A stretch of 64,000 nucleotides of DNA from Myxococcota bacterium (GTDB lineage: Bacteria; Myxococcota_A; UBA796; CAJQPC01): NCBI GenBank assembly GCA_036012755.1, contig DASCPX010000127.1:64001-128000 (forward strand), read 5' to 3'. The position numbers and the translations under genes were made by a program. Positions 40,727 to 49,879 of this stretch are shown here, piece by piece. Within the stretch, counting starts at the first letter, position 1. The number at the start of each line of letters is the position of its first letter. Under the pieces are notes generated by a model that searched no databases, was not told the origin of the DNA, and was given only the letters and a program-made list of their open reading frames with translations.

Positions 40727-42352
40727 ATGCAAGAGAAGAACGAAACAACCGAACCGCCTGGCGGTCGCCGCGTCGACGACTACAAGAGCGGCCGCCGCTT
40801 CGCCGACTTCCCCCTGTCGGCAGAGGTCCTCAAGGGCCTCGAGGAGCTGGGCTACGAAGAAGCCACGAGCGTCCAGGCCGCCTCCATCGAGCCGGGACTC
40901 GCCGGCCGCGACCTCATCGTCCGGGCAAAGACCGGCACGGGCAAGACCGCCGCCTTCGGGATCCCCATCGTCGAGCGCATCGACGCCGGCTGCCGCAAGG
41001 TCCAGGCCATCGTGCTCTCACCCACACGCGAACTTGCCAACCAGATCGCGAAGGAGCTGGCAGGGGTCGCGAAGTACAAGGACATCCGCATCCTCCCCAT
41101 CTACGGCGGCGTCTCGATGGGTCCCCAGGAGACCGCCCTGCAGGAGGGCGTCGAGCTCGTCGTCGGCACGCCTGGGCGGGTGAGCGACCACATCCGGCGC
41201 GGAAACCTCGACCTGTCCGATGTCATCGTCAGCTGCCTCGACGAGGCAGACGAGATGCTCTCGATGGGCTTCTACAAGGACGTCACCGCGATCCTCAAGA
41301 AGGTGCCGACCACGGCCCAGACCTTCCTGTTCTCGGCGACGGTCGAGGCCGACGTGAAGCGCCTGGTCTCCAAGTTCCTCAAGGATCCCGAGGACATCAT
41401 GCTCTCGACCGACACCGATCGGATCGACGGCATCACCCACGTGCTCTACGAGTCGAGCCCGGACTTCCACAAGGCGCGCGCGCTGTTGGCCGTCATCGAC
41501 CAGGAGCAGCCCGGCTCGACGATCGTGTTCTGCAACACGCGCGAGGACACCGCGACCGTCGCGACCTTCCTGGACCGCCAGGGTCTCGACGCCCAGCTCA
41601 TCTCGGGCGAGCTCCCCCAGCGCAAGCGGGAAGCCGTCATGGCAAAGGTCAAGAGCGGCGAGGTGCAGTTCCTCATCGCCACGGACGTCGCCGCCCGCGG
41701 CATCGACATCAGCGACCTCACCCACGTCATCAACTACGCCCTGCCGCAGGATCCGGCGGTGTACATGCACCGCATCGGTCGAACCGGCCGCATCGGCAAG
41801 GAGGGCATGGCGATCACGCTGGCGGGTGGGGCGGACCTCGCTACACGCCTGGTGCTCGAGCGACAGTTCGAGATCGACTTCACCAAGCGGGAGATGCCAA
41901 CGCCCGACGAGGCGCAGAGGCTCCGCGTCGAGCGCCAGGTCGCGATCATCAAGGGGACCATGGGCACGACGGCCTTCGAGGGCTTCCTCGGTCTCGTCCG
42001 CGCGCTCAAGGAGCGTCCCGACGGCGACATGCTGCTGGCGACCGCGATGAAGGGGTTCTTCCTCTGGGACCGCGAGCGCCGGATCAGCGGCGGTCTCGAC
42101 ACGGTCACGGCGGTCCAGGAAGCCCGTGGAGAGAAGCGGGAGCGCCGCGGCGGTGGCGGCGGTGGCGGAGGAAGAGGCGGGTCGGGCGGACGCCGAGGCG
42201 GCGGTCGCGGGCGCGGCGACAAGCCTCGGTCCTCTCACGACTCGAAGCCCAAGAGCCAGAAGGACGACAGGGGCCCGAAGACCGACAAGGGCAACAAGGG
42301 TGAGGGCGCGCCGAAGCGTCGTCGTCGCCGTCGTCGTCCCTCCTCCGACTGA
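40727..42352 (+). CDS. DEAD-box RNA helicase
   Basis: AKTGTGKT, PTRELA, DEAD, SAT, ARGID, HRIGRTGR, basic RGG tail. Confidence 0.95.
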   Translation: MQEKNETTEPPGGRRVDDYKSGRRFADFPLSAEVLKGLEELGYEEATSVQAASIEPGLAGRDLIVRAKTGTGKTAAFGIPIVERIDAGCRKVQAIVLSPTRELANQIAKELAGVAKYKDIRILPIYGGVSMGPQETALQEGVELVVGTPGRVSDHIRRGNLDLSDVIVSCLDEADEMLSMGFYKDVTAILKKVPTTAQTFLFSATVEADVKRLVSKFLKDPEDIMLSTDTDRIDGITHVLYESSPDFHKARALLAVIDQEQPGSTIVFCNTREDTATVATFLDRQGLDAQLISGELPQRKREAVMAKVKSGEVQFLIATDVAARGIDISDLTHVINYALPQDPAVYMHRIGRTGRIGKEGMAITLAGGADLATRLVLERQFEIDFTKREMPTPDEAQRLRVERQVAIIKGTMGTTAFEGFLGLVRALKERPDGDMLLATAMKGFFLWDRERRISGGLDTVTAVQEARGEKRERRGGGGGGGGRGGSGGRRGGGRGRGDKPRSSHDSKPKSQKDDRGPKTDKGNKGEGAPKRRRRRRRPSSD

Positions 42353-42361
42353 GATCCCAGC

Positions 42362-43183
42362 TCAGGGACTGGTGATCTCGACCATCTCCTTGCCGTAGAC
42401 CTTGAGCAGCGGGCCACCGTTGCCGATGTTGCCGCTGACGTTGGTGCCGGAGTTGGTGCCCTCGACGGTGTGGAGCACGCTCACGCTCCCGCCGGTGGCC
42501 TGGAGCCTGACGTCCGCCGACAGGGGGAGGACCAGCGTGGCGCCGCCCTTGCTCGCGGTGATGCCAGAGGACTTCGTGACGCTGCTGTCCGCTGACAGAT
42601 CGACCTTCACGTCGCCGTCCGGGGCGCGGACGTTGAACTGGCTGTAGCTGCCAGACACCATGATGTCCCCGCTGGTGTTGGCGGCCTTGACGGTCCCATT
42701 GCAGTTGCTGACGGAGATCCAGCCCTTTCGAGCAGTCACCGTGATCCGGGTCTGCTTCGGCAGGGACACCACGAGCGGGACGGTGATGCTCTCGACTCCG
42801 CTGCGGCTCCCCGGGACGATCGTGCTGACCTTGCCCCAGGTCCCCTTGCCCTGGGCCTGGAGCCGGATTCCGTCGCCCACCGCCTGCATGGGCGCTTCCT
42901 TGGTGCCTTCGATGACGAAGTCGATGCGGGCGTTGACCTCCTCTGTGTCCGTGCAGCGCACCGTGATCGGGCCGCCGTAGTGCGTGATGGTCACAGCGGC
43001 GTTGTCGTCGAGCTTCTCGCTGCGCTCCGTGTGGCCGCCGGAGTAGGTCATCGTCGAGGCGGCTGTCTCGCCGCCCAGATCGATGTCGTCGAGATCGATG
43101 TCGAAGTCACCGAACCCGTAGTCTTCTTCGTCATCCTCGGCGAAGGCCGCTCCAGCGAGCGCGATCAACATTGCGAGTGGCAT
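42362..43183 (-). CDS. DUF4097-like beta-strand repeat secreted protein
   Basis: Signal peptide, repeated T.sG.I.V units, GNIGNGGPLL end. Confidence 0.7.
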   Translation of the reverse strand: MPLAMLIALAGAAFAEDDEEDYGFGDFDIDLDDIDLGGETAASTMTYSGGHTERSEKLDDNAAVTITHYGGPITVRCTDTEEVNARIDFVIEGTKEAPMQAVGDGIRLQAQGKGTWGKVSTIVPGSRSGVESITVPLVVSLPKQTRITVTARKGWISVSNCNGTVKAANTSGDIMVSGSYSQFNVRAPDGDVKVDLSADSSVTKSSGITASKGGATLVLPLSADVRLQATGGSVSVLHTVEGTNSGTNVSGNIGNGGPLLKVYGKEMVEITSP

Positions 43184-43268
43184 TGGTTTTCCAGTTTGAA
43201 GTCTGCACTTGGCAGTTTGCCGTGGATCGGGTGCCGCCTGCCGGGAGCTGGCGAGGTTATGTCCCGTG

Positions 43269-44261
43269 ATGCTGCCTGCGATCCCTTACTGCGATCTCCA
43301 CATCCACGTCGGCGCGAGCGTCGCCCCCCACGTCATGTGGTCCATCGCCCACCAGCAAGGCTTCAAGCTCCCCGTCAACAACTACTGGGAGTTCGTCGAC
43401 CTGATCACGGCCAACCCGCGCAAGGTCAAGAGCCTCGATGACTACCTGAAGATCCTCCATGAGTGGACGGAGAAGATCCAGTCTTCGCCGCTGGCGCTCG
43501 AGCGCGCCATCTACGAGATCATCGGCAAGGAGTACCGCGGCTCACGGGTCGAGAAGATCGAGCTCCGCTTCAACCCGATGAAGCGCAACCTGGAAGGCCA
43601 GCGGGACCTCGACCACATCATCCACGCGGCCTTGCGCGGCATGGATCGCGCCTCCTTGGAGTACGGCGTCGAGGCTGGGCTCATCTTCTGCCTCGCGCGC
43701 GAGTTCCCGCCAGAGCAGAACGAGGTCATCCTCGACAAGGCCATCAAGTACCAGGCGCGCGGCGTCGTGGGCATCGACCTCGCCGGCACGGAGACCCACA
43801 CGATCGAGCTGTCGGAGGCCGTCGGGAAGTACGCCGCCATCTTCCAGCGGGCCCGGGAGGCCGACCTCGGCACCACCGTCCACACGGGAGAGACGATCTC
43901 GACCTCGGGCGAGGGCGTCATCGCGGTGCTGAAGCACCTCAAGCCGAACCGCATCGGCCACGGCGTGCGGGCCGCCTACAACGAGGACGCCACGAAGATG
44001 CTCGCTGACACGGGCTGCGTGCTCGAGATCTGCCCGACCTCGAACCTGAACACCCGCGCCATTCGCCACCTCGAGGAGTTCAAGTACATCATCGGCACCT
44101 TCCAGGACGCCGGCGTGCTGTTCACCATCAACACCGACGGCACCTACCTCTGCGAGACGAACATCCAGCGCGAGTTCGCGCTGATGACGGACAGCGGCGT
44201 CTTCGACGTGGCCGCCAGCGAGCGTGCCCGGATGCTCGCGTTCGAGGCGAGCTTCATCTGA
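43269..44261 (+). CDS. adenosine deaminase family protein
   Basis: DLHIH, GIDLAG, TVHTGE, RIGHG, EICPTSN, INTD. Confidence 0.9.
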   Translation: MLPAIPYCDLHIHVGASVAPHVMWSIAHQQGFKLPVNNYWEFVDLITANPRKVKSLDDYLKILHEWTEKIQSSPLALERAIYEIIGKEYRGSRVEKIELRFNPMKRNLEGQRDLDHIIHAALRGMDRASLEYGVEAGLIFCLAREFPPEQNEVILDKAIKYQARGVVGIDLAGTETHTIELSEAVGKYAAIFQRAREADLGTTVHTGETISTSGEGVIAVLKHLKPNRIGHGVRAAYNEDATKMLADTGCVLEICPTSNLNTRAIRHLEEFKYIIGTFQDAGVLFTINTDGTYLCETNIQREFALMTDSGVFDVAASERARMLAFEASFI

Positions 44262-44701
44262 TCCTCCTCGGCGCCGCGCTGGCAGCGACGGCCGAGGTCA
44301 GCCAGGAGCGCGTGATCTCCGCGCCATTGGAGGAGGTCCGCGCCTTTCTGCTGGACCCGGAGGAGGCAGCCTCGCTGACCCCGGACGTAGAGAGCGTGGA
44401 GGTGCTCACCAGCGACACCTGCGATCTGGTCCGCACCACGAACAAGGGGCTGCTCTCCAGCGTCGAGTACGTGGTGAAGCGCTGCTATGCCGACGACGGC
44501 GTACAGGAGACGCTGGTCGAGAGCGAGGACTTCACGGCCTACGAGGCCAGCTACACCCTCACGGCGGTCGACGGCGGCACCAAGGTCGTCTACGACGTGA
44601 CTGTCGGTGTCGACATGCCAGTGCCCGACTGGGCGATCCGCATGGGAGTCGAGCGCTCGACCGCGGCCACGATGGAGGCCCTGGCGGCGCACTTCGATTA
44701 G
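44258..44701 (+). CDS. SRPBCC-family secreted protein (probable CTG start; first canonical start GTG 44312)
   Basis: ISAPLEEVRAFLLDPE...PDVESVE; signal-like ILLGAALA lies upstream of GTG 44312. Confidence 0.7.
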   Translation: MILLGAALAATAEVSQERVISAPLEEVRAFLLDPEEAASLTPDVESVEVLTSDTCDLVRTTNKGLLSSVEYVVKRCYADDGVQETLVESEDFTAYEASYTLTAVDGGTKVVYDVTVGVDMPVPDWAIRMGVERSTAATMEALAAHFD

Positions 44702-44709
44702 GCCCCCCC

Positions 44710-47700
44710 ATGGCACGCCTTGCTTGTGGACTGGATCTTGGAGGGAGCGGCGTCCGCTGCCTCGTCGTCGACCTCGAGACCGGACGACGCTGGAGCGCGC
44801 GACGCCCGCTGAGACTCGTCCCGGCGGGGCCCTGGTCCTGGGATCTGGACCTGGAGGCGACCTGGAGCGCTGCGCTGGCTGTCCTGCGCGGGGCCCTGGA
44901 GGCAGCGGGCAGCGGCGAGGTCGTCGGCATCTCGTCCTCTTGCATGCGCCAGGCGATGGTGGTCCTGGGCTCCGAAGTGGTGCTCCTGGCGACCCCGAAC
45001 ATCGACGCGCGGGGAGCCGGCCAGGCCGAGCAGCTGGCGGAGACCGGCGAGAATCGCCTGCGTCGCACGGGTCGCTGGCCGGACCCTGCCTCCGCCGCCG
45101 CCCGCCTGGTCTGGCTCCGTGACGAGGGCCGCATCGGCCTGGCGCGTCACTTCCTGTCCCTCGGTGACTGGCTCTCCTGGAAGCTCTGCGGGGCGCTGGC
45201 CGCCGAGCGCTCCCAGGCCGGAGAGTCGGGGCTGCTCACCCTCACCGGACGCTGGGACCGAAACGCCATCGAGCAGCTCGAGCTGCCAGTGGACATCTTC
45301 CCCGAGCTCGTCCAGGCCGGCGCCGAGCTCGGTGGCCTGAGCGCCGAGGCGGCCTCGCTCGTCGGGCTCCCGGCCGGAACACCCGTCCACGCAGGAGGTG
45401 GTGACACCCCCTGCGCCCTGCTCGGAGCCGGGGTCGCCCAGCCCGGGCAGGCCGGCATCGTCGCCGGGACCACCTGCCCGATCCAGCACGTGGTCGGCGT
45501 ACCGAAGCCCGAACGACAGCTGCGCCTCGGCCACCACGTCGTCGCCGGACGCTGGCTGCTCGAGAAGAACCAGGTGCTCGCGGGGCAGGTGCTCGGGCAG
45601 CTCGCCGCAGCCTTCTTCGAGGACCACCCGGCCCCGGTCGCTCGACTAATGGAGGTCGCCAAGGACGGGCGGTCCGCCGCGGTCGCCTCCATGGGCGCGA
45701 CCCCCTTCCGCGCGGACCAGCTGAGCCTGCCCGTGATGGGACTGCACCTCTCTCCGTTCCAGACCAGCGACGCCCGGGCGGACCTCGCCCGCGCGGCCGT
45801 CGACGCCGTCTGTCGTGGCATCGCGCAGAACATCCCGGGGGAGCCCGAACAGCTGCGGGTCACCGGGGGGCTCTCACAGAGCCGCTGGTTCGTCGAGCAG
45901 CTCGCCGGACACCTGGGCACGCCCGTGCTCAGGACACTCCGACCCGAGTCCTCGGCCCTGGGCGCCGCGATGCTCGCGTGTCCGGACGGGGTGGCGGCCT
46001 GCGAACACCTCGTCGAGCTGGAGAGCGTGTCTCCCGCCTCTGTGCGCGAGCCCTCCCCGACTCTCCTGAGGGCCTTCGCAGACCTGGAGCCAGAGGTCGC
46101 CGGGGAGCTGGTCAGTGCCTCCTTCGACGACCAGCCGCAGGACATTCCCCACCTGCCAGAGGCGCTGCGCATCTACGTGTCCGCGTCAGTCGACGAGGAC
46201 AGCCTCGCCCGACTGCGCAGCCTGGGAGAGGTGGTCTATGCCCCCTACCGCGAGGTCCAGACCCTGCTGACCGGAGAGGCGCTCGTCGAGGCGCTGCAGG
46301 GGGTCCACGTGTTCGTGACCGAGGTCGACGTGGTCGACCTGGAGGCCCTGGAGGAGCTCCCGCAGCTCCGCGTCATCGCATGCTGCCGCGGTCGCGTCGT
46401 GAACGTCGACGTTGCCTCGTGCACCGCCCTCGGCATCCCGGTCCTGGGTGCGCCTGGGAGAAACGCAGAGGCTGTCGCAGACTTCACCGTCGCTGCCTCG
46501 TTGGCGCTGCTGCGCAAGCTCGTCCCCGCGGATCGCTTCCTTCGAAGCGGTGTCGAGGCCGGCGACATGGGACGCATGGGCATGGCGCACGAGGCCTTCC
46601 AGGGCTTCGAGCTGGGGGGGCGCACGGTGGGCCTGATCGGCTTCGGAGCCGTGGCGCGCGCGGTCGCCAGGCGGCTGAGGTCCTTCGGCTCGCGGGTGAT
46701 CGCTTTCGATCCCTTCGTCCCTGACCAGGTGATCTGGGCAGGAGGTGCGGAGCCCGTCTCGCTGGAGGCGCTCCTTCAGCGGTCGGATGTCGTGTCCCTC
46801 CACGCCGCCGCCACGGACGAGACCCGCGGGATCATCGGCCGCCAGGCCCTCTCGGCGATGAAGGAGAGCGCCCTCTTGATCAACACCGCCCGCGCGGCCC
46901 TCGTCGACCAGGACGCCCTCGTCGATGCCCTGCGCTCCGGTGGGATCGCGGGGGCATGCCTCGATGTGTTCGCGGTAGAGCCGCCAGGCTCCGACGAGCC
47001 CCTGCTGCAGCTCGACAACGTGCTCGCGCTGCCCCACATCGCCGGCAACACCCACGACGTCGGGCGCCACCAGGGCCGCATCGTCGTCGAGGGGCTCGAG
47101 GCGCTGCTTCGCGGGGAGCGCCCGCGGACCCTGCTCAACGACGTCCTCGAGGGCTTCTCCTGGGATCAGAGGCCAGAAGCGGACGCAGAGGAGCTGGAAG
47201 CGCTGCGGGCCGGGCCCGGACCCGGGGTCACCGACCTCGAGATCGCCGCGACAGCGAGCCTGCCCGAGATCTCGATGCCGACCCCGGAGCTCATGACGGA
47301 GCCCGCGCCAGAGTCCGGCTTCGCGGCCCTGGTGGCTGCCTTCTGCGGCCTCGCAGAGTCCGACCCGGACATCCAGGCCTTCGCGACTGGCCGGGACATC
47401 ACGGCGCAGTACCTCGCCCCCGACGCCGACGTCGGCTTCCACATGGTCTTCCGTGACGGCCGGGCGGTGGTGCGGCCGGCCCCCTACGCCGGCAAGCCGG
47501 ACGTGACGGTGAAGATGAACGCAGAGGTCATGGACGGCGTCTTCGGCGGCGAGGTCAACGGCATGAAGGCGGCCATGACCGGGAAGCTCTCGTTCATGGG
47601 CAACACCGTCAAGGCGATGACGATGCAGCGGGTGCAGCCACAGATGACCAGGCAGTGGCTGGCTGCGCGCGAGCGCGTGGGCGAGCTCGACTTCTCGCGC

Positions 47701-48372
47701 CCCGAACCCACCAGGTCCCAGATAAGTCCGATCGAAGGCGACGACGGCATCCTGAGAGGTGCCCTCGCGGCGGGCGTCGGCGAGCTGGTGGAGGCCGGGC
47801 TGATCACCTCCACCGGCGGCAACGTGAGCATCCGGGTCGGACCCGAACGAGCGCTGCTCACTCCGAGCCAGCTCTTCAAGGGCGACCTGCGGCCAGAGCT
47901 GATGGTGCTGGTCGACCTCGACGGGGAGCCCCTGCAGCAGGTGGGCGCAGCGCCGACGAGCGAGCGCATGATCCACTGCTCGATCCTGAAGGCGAGGCCG
48001 GACGTCGGAGCGGTCGTCCACAGCCACGCGCCGATGGCCACGACGCTGGACCTCGCCGGCCTGCCCTTCCTGCCGATCTCGACCGAGGCAGCCTTCGTCG
48101 GAGAGATCCCACGGGTCTGTTTCACGATGCCCGGCACCGACGAGCTCGCAGGGGCGATCGTCCAGGCCCTCGGCAGCGGCAGCGCCGTGATCATGAGCAA
48201 CCACGGCCTCGTCGTCGCGGGCAGCTCGCTTCGGCGCGCCCTGGACCTGACTCACATCATCGAGGACACGGCGGCGAAGCTCATCGACTGCCAGAAGATG
48301 GGCAGGGTCCCTCCGGTGTTGCCCCCCGAGACCGTCGAGATGCTTCAGTCGATCGGCGAACTCATCGCCTGA
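44710..48372 (+). CDS. four-domain fusion: FGGY sugar kinase, D-2-hydroxyacid dehydrogenase, SCP2, class II aldolase
   Basis: GLDLGGSGVR/GGGD/TGGLSQS; GFGAVA/INTAR/LDVF..EP/PHIAG; AAMTGKLSFMGN; GGNVS/PTSE..IH/VHSH/NHG, all in one frame. Confidence 0.88.
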   Translation: MARLACGLDLGGSGVRCLVVDLETGRRWSARRPLRLVPAGPWSWDLDLEATWSAALAVLRGALEAAGSGEVVGISSSCMRQAMVVLGSEVVLLATPNIDARGAGQAEQLAETGENRLRRTGRWPDPASAAARLVWLRDEGRIGLARHFLSLGDWLSWKLCGALAAERSQAGESGLLTLTGRWDRNAIEQLELPVDIFPELVQAGAELGGLSAEAASLVGLPAGTPVHAGGGDTPCALLGAGVAQPGQAGIVAGTTCPIQHVVGVPKPERQLRLGHHVVAGRWLLEKNQVLAGQVLGQLAAAFFEDHPAPVARLMEVAKDGRSAAVASMGATPFRADQLSLPVMGLHLSPFQTSDARADLARAAVDAVCRGIAQNIPGEPEQLRVTGGLSQSRWFVEQLAGHLGTPVLRTLRPESSALGAAMLACPDGVAACEHLVELESVSPASVREPSPTLLRAFADLEPEVAGELVSASFDDQPQDIPHLPEALRIYVSASVDEDSLARLRSLGEVVYAPYREVQTLLTGEALVEALQGVHVFVTEVDVVDLEALEELPQLRVIACCRGRVVNVDVASCTALGIPVLGAPGRNAEAVADFTVAASLALLRKLVPADRFLRSGVEAGDMGRMGMAHEAFQGFELGGRTVGLIGFGAVARAVARRLRSFGSRVIAFDPFVPDQVIWAGGAEPVSLEALLQRSDVVSLHAAATDETRGIIGRQALSAMKESALLINTARAALVDQDALVDALRSGGIAGACLDVFAVEPPGSDEPLLQLDNVLALPHIAGNTHDVGRHQGRIVVEGLEALLRGERPRTLLNDVLEGFSWDQRPEADAEELEALRAGPGPGVTDLEIAATASLPEISMPTPELMTEPAPESGFAALVAAFCGLAESDPDIQAFATGRDITAQYLAPDADVGFHMVFRDGRAVVRPAPYAGKPDVTVKMNAEVMDGVFGGEVNGMKAAMTGKLSFMGNTVKAMTMQRVQPQMTRQWLAARERVGELDFSRPEPTRSQISPIEGDDGILRGALAAGVGELVEAGLITSTGGNVSIRVGPERALLTPSQLFKGDLRPELMVLVDLDGEPLQQVGAAPTSERMIHCSILKARPDVGAVVHSHAPMATTLDLAGLPFLPISTEAAFVGEIPRVCFTMPGTDELAGAIVQALGSGSAVIMSNHGLVVAGSSLRRALDLTHIIEDTAAKLIDCQKMGRVPPVLPPETVEMLQSIGELIA

Positions 48373-48376
48373 GCCC

Positions 48377-49348
48377 TCAGAAGCGCATCGACCAGGTCAG
48401 GCCAGGTCCCTCGTCGGCGAGGAGGATGCCGACACCACCCACCCCGAGACCGACTACCGCCACGCCGGCGCCGGCGAGCACCAGGGTGTTGGTGAGGGTT
48501 CGTGCGGCGTCGAGCTCCGCGACCGTGGAGGCGTCGTCGAAGCCTTGACGCGCCGTGTAGCTGGCGCCGTAGACACCCCCGGCGGCAGCGAGCCCCGCGA
48601 CGCTGGCGACCAGCAGGGGTGTCTTCATCGGCGGACGCTCGCGGGTGACCGTGACGACCTCGTCGGTGGTGTAGCCCCCCGCGAGGACCTCTGGATCGCC
48701 TCGCTTCTTCTTCTTGTTGTCTTCCTTTGCCGCGGCGTCGACGTCCTTCTGCTCGTTGAGGGTCAGGGTCGCGTCCTCGACCAGGTTCGCAGGAAACTCG
48801 TTGCCGACGACGAGCCAGCTGGCGCGCACGGCCCCGTCGCTGCCCACCTGCTGCACGACGTGGTAGCGGCCGGTCGTCGCCTTGGGCTCGTCCAGCAGGC
48901 GGCCGTCGATGACGAGCTTGGAGCCGGAAGGGACGACCAGGCGCATGCCATCGACCGGGTCGCCCGGGAGACCCTCGTAGGCCTTCGCGGCGTCGTAGGT
49001 CTTGTAGAGCGCACTGCCCAGATCCATCGACTCGATGTCGAACTGGTAGGTCGGCTCCAGCTCCCTGGCGACGCGGAACCAGAGGGATGCCTTGTCCGGG
49101 TCACCGCTGTTGAAGCTGTAGACGCCCAGCGCCCTGTAGGTCGCCGCGTACAACGACGGCGTCATGGGCTCGGCCATGCAGAGGATGCCCCCCTCCATGC
49201 GAGTCCCTGCCTGGGTCATCTCGCCGCCGCCTTCGTCGCGCATGCCGTCGGTGATCGCCGTGAGATCCTCGAACAGCAGGTCGGTCGTGTAGACGCCCTC
49301 GCAAGCGCTGGAGGGGGCGGTCAGAGATAGAAGCAGGCCCATGGTCAC
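48377..49348 (-). CDS. secreted/membrane hypothetical protein (TPR-like N-part, C-terminal hydrophobic hairpin)
   Basis: AGGAG SD, signal peptide, FRVARELEP helix, LVIDG, two C-terminal hydrophobic segments. Confidence 0.65.
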   Translation of the reverse strand: MTMGLLLSLTAPSSACEGVYTTDLLFEDLTAITDGMRDEGGGEMTQAGTRMEGGILCMAEPMTPSLYAATYRALGVYSFNSGDPDKASLWFRVARELEPTYQFDIESMDLGSALYKTYDAAKAYEGLPGDPVDGMRLVVPSGSKLVIDGRLLDEPKATTGRYHVVQQVGSDGAVRASWLVVGNEFPANLVEDATLTLNEQKDVDAAAKEDNKKKKRGDPEVLAGGYTTDEVVTVTRERPPMKTPLLVASVAGLAAAGGVYGASYTARQGFDDASTVAELDAARTLTNTLVLAGAGVAVVGLGVGGVGILLADEGPGLTWSMRF

Positions 49349-49363
49349 TCCTGACGGACCAGT

Positions 49364-49879
49364 CTACCCCGGACGAATCCAGGCCACCGGCGTCTCGGCC
49401 TCGACGCTGCCGCCATCGTCCACGCCCCAGCGCTCCAGGGTCCCGGCCTGGTCCGCCTTGATCGGCGTGAAGGTCTTCATGACCTCCATGAGCGCCAGGG
49501 TCTGCAGTCGCTTCACGACAGCTCCGACCTCGACGAAGGGTGGGTCTGCCGGGGTCGGGCGCTGGTAGATCGTCCCGGCCATCGGCGCACGGACGGCGAC
49601 GAGGCCCTCGTGCCCCTCTTGTTCCTCGAGCACGGTCGGGACGTCGGCGCCGAGGAGCCCGATCTCGACGAGCACCTCGCCGTACTGCAGCCAGCCAGCG
49701 GGGAGCACCTCGACGACCTGCCCACCCCCTGCGGGAGCGACGATCTCCAAAGGGCGCCCGAGCCGGACGATCACCCCCAGCACCAGGCCTTCGCGCAGCT
49801 GCGCGCCTCGCTGCACCCGGGGGTCCCAGCGCCCGACCGTGGGGCTGGCGAGGGCCGCGTTCCCCTTCACCGCCTTCAC
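49364..49879 (-). CDS. accB: biotin carboxyl carrier protein
   Basis: [31 protein letters not shown]-coupled. Confidence 0.85.
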   Translation of the reverse strand: MKAVKGNAALASPTVGRWDPRVQRGAQLREGLVLGVIVRLGRPLEIVAPAGGGQVVEVLPAGWLQYGEVLVEIGLLGADVPTVLEEQEGHEGLVAVRAPMAGTIYQRPTPADPPFVEVGAVVKRLQTLALMEVMKTFTPIKADQAGTLERWGVDDGGSVEAETPVAWIRPG

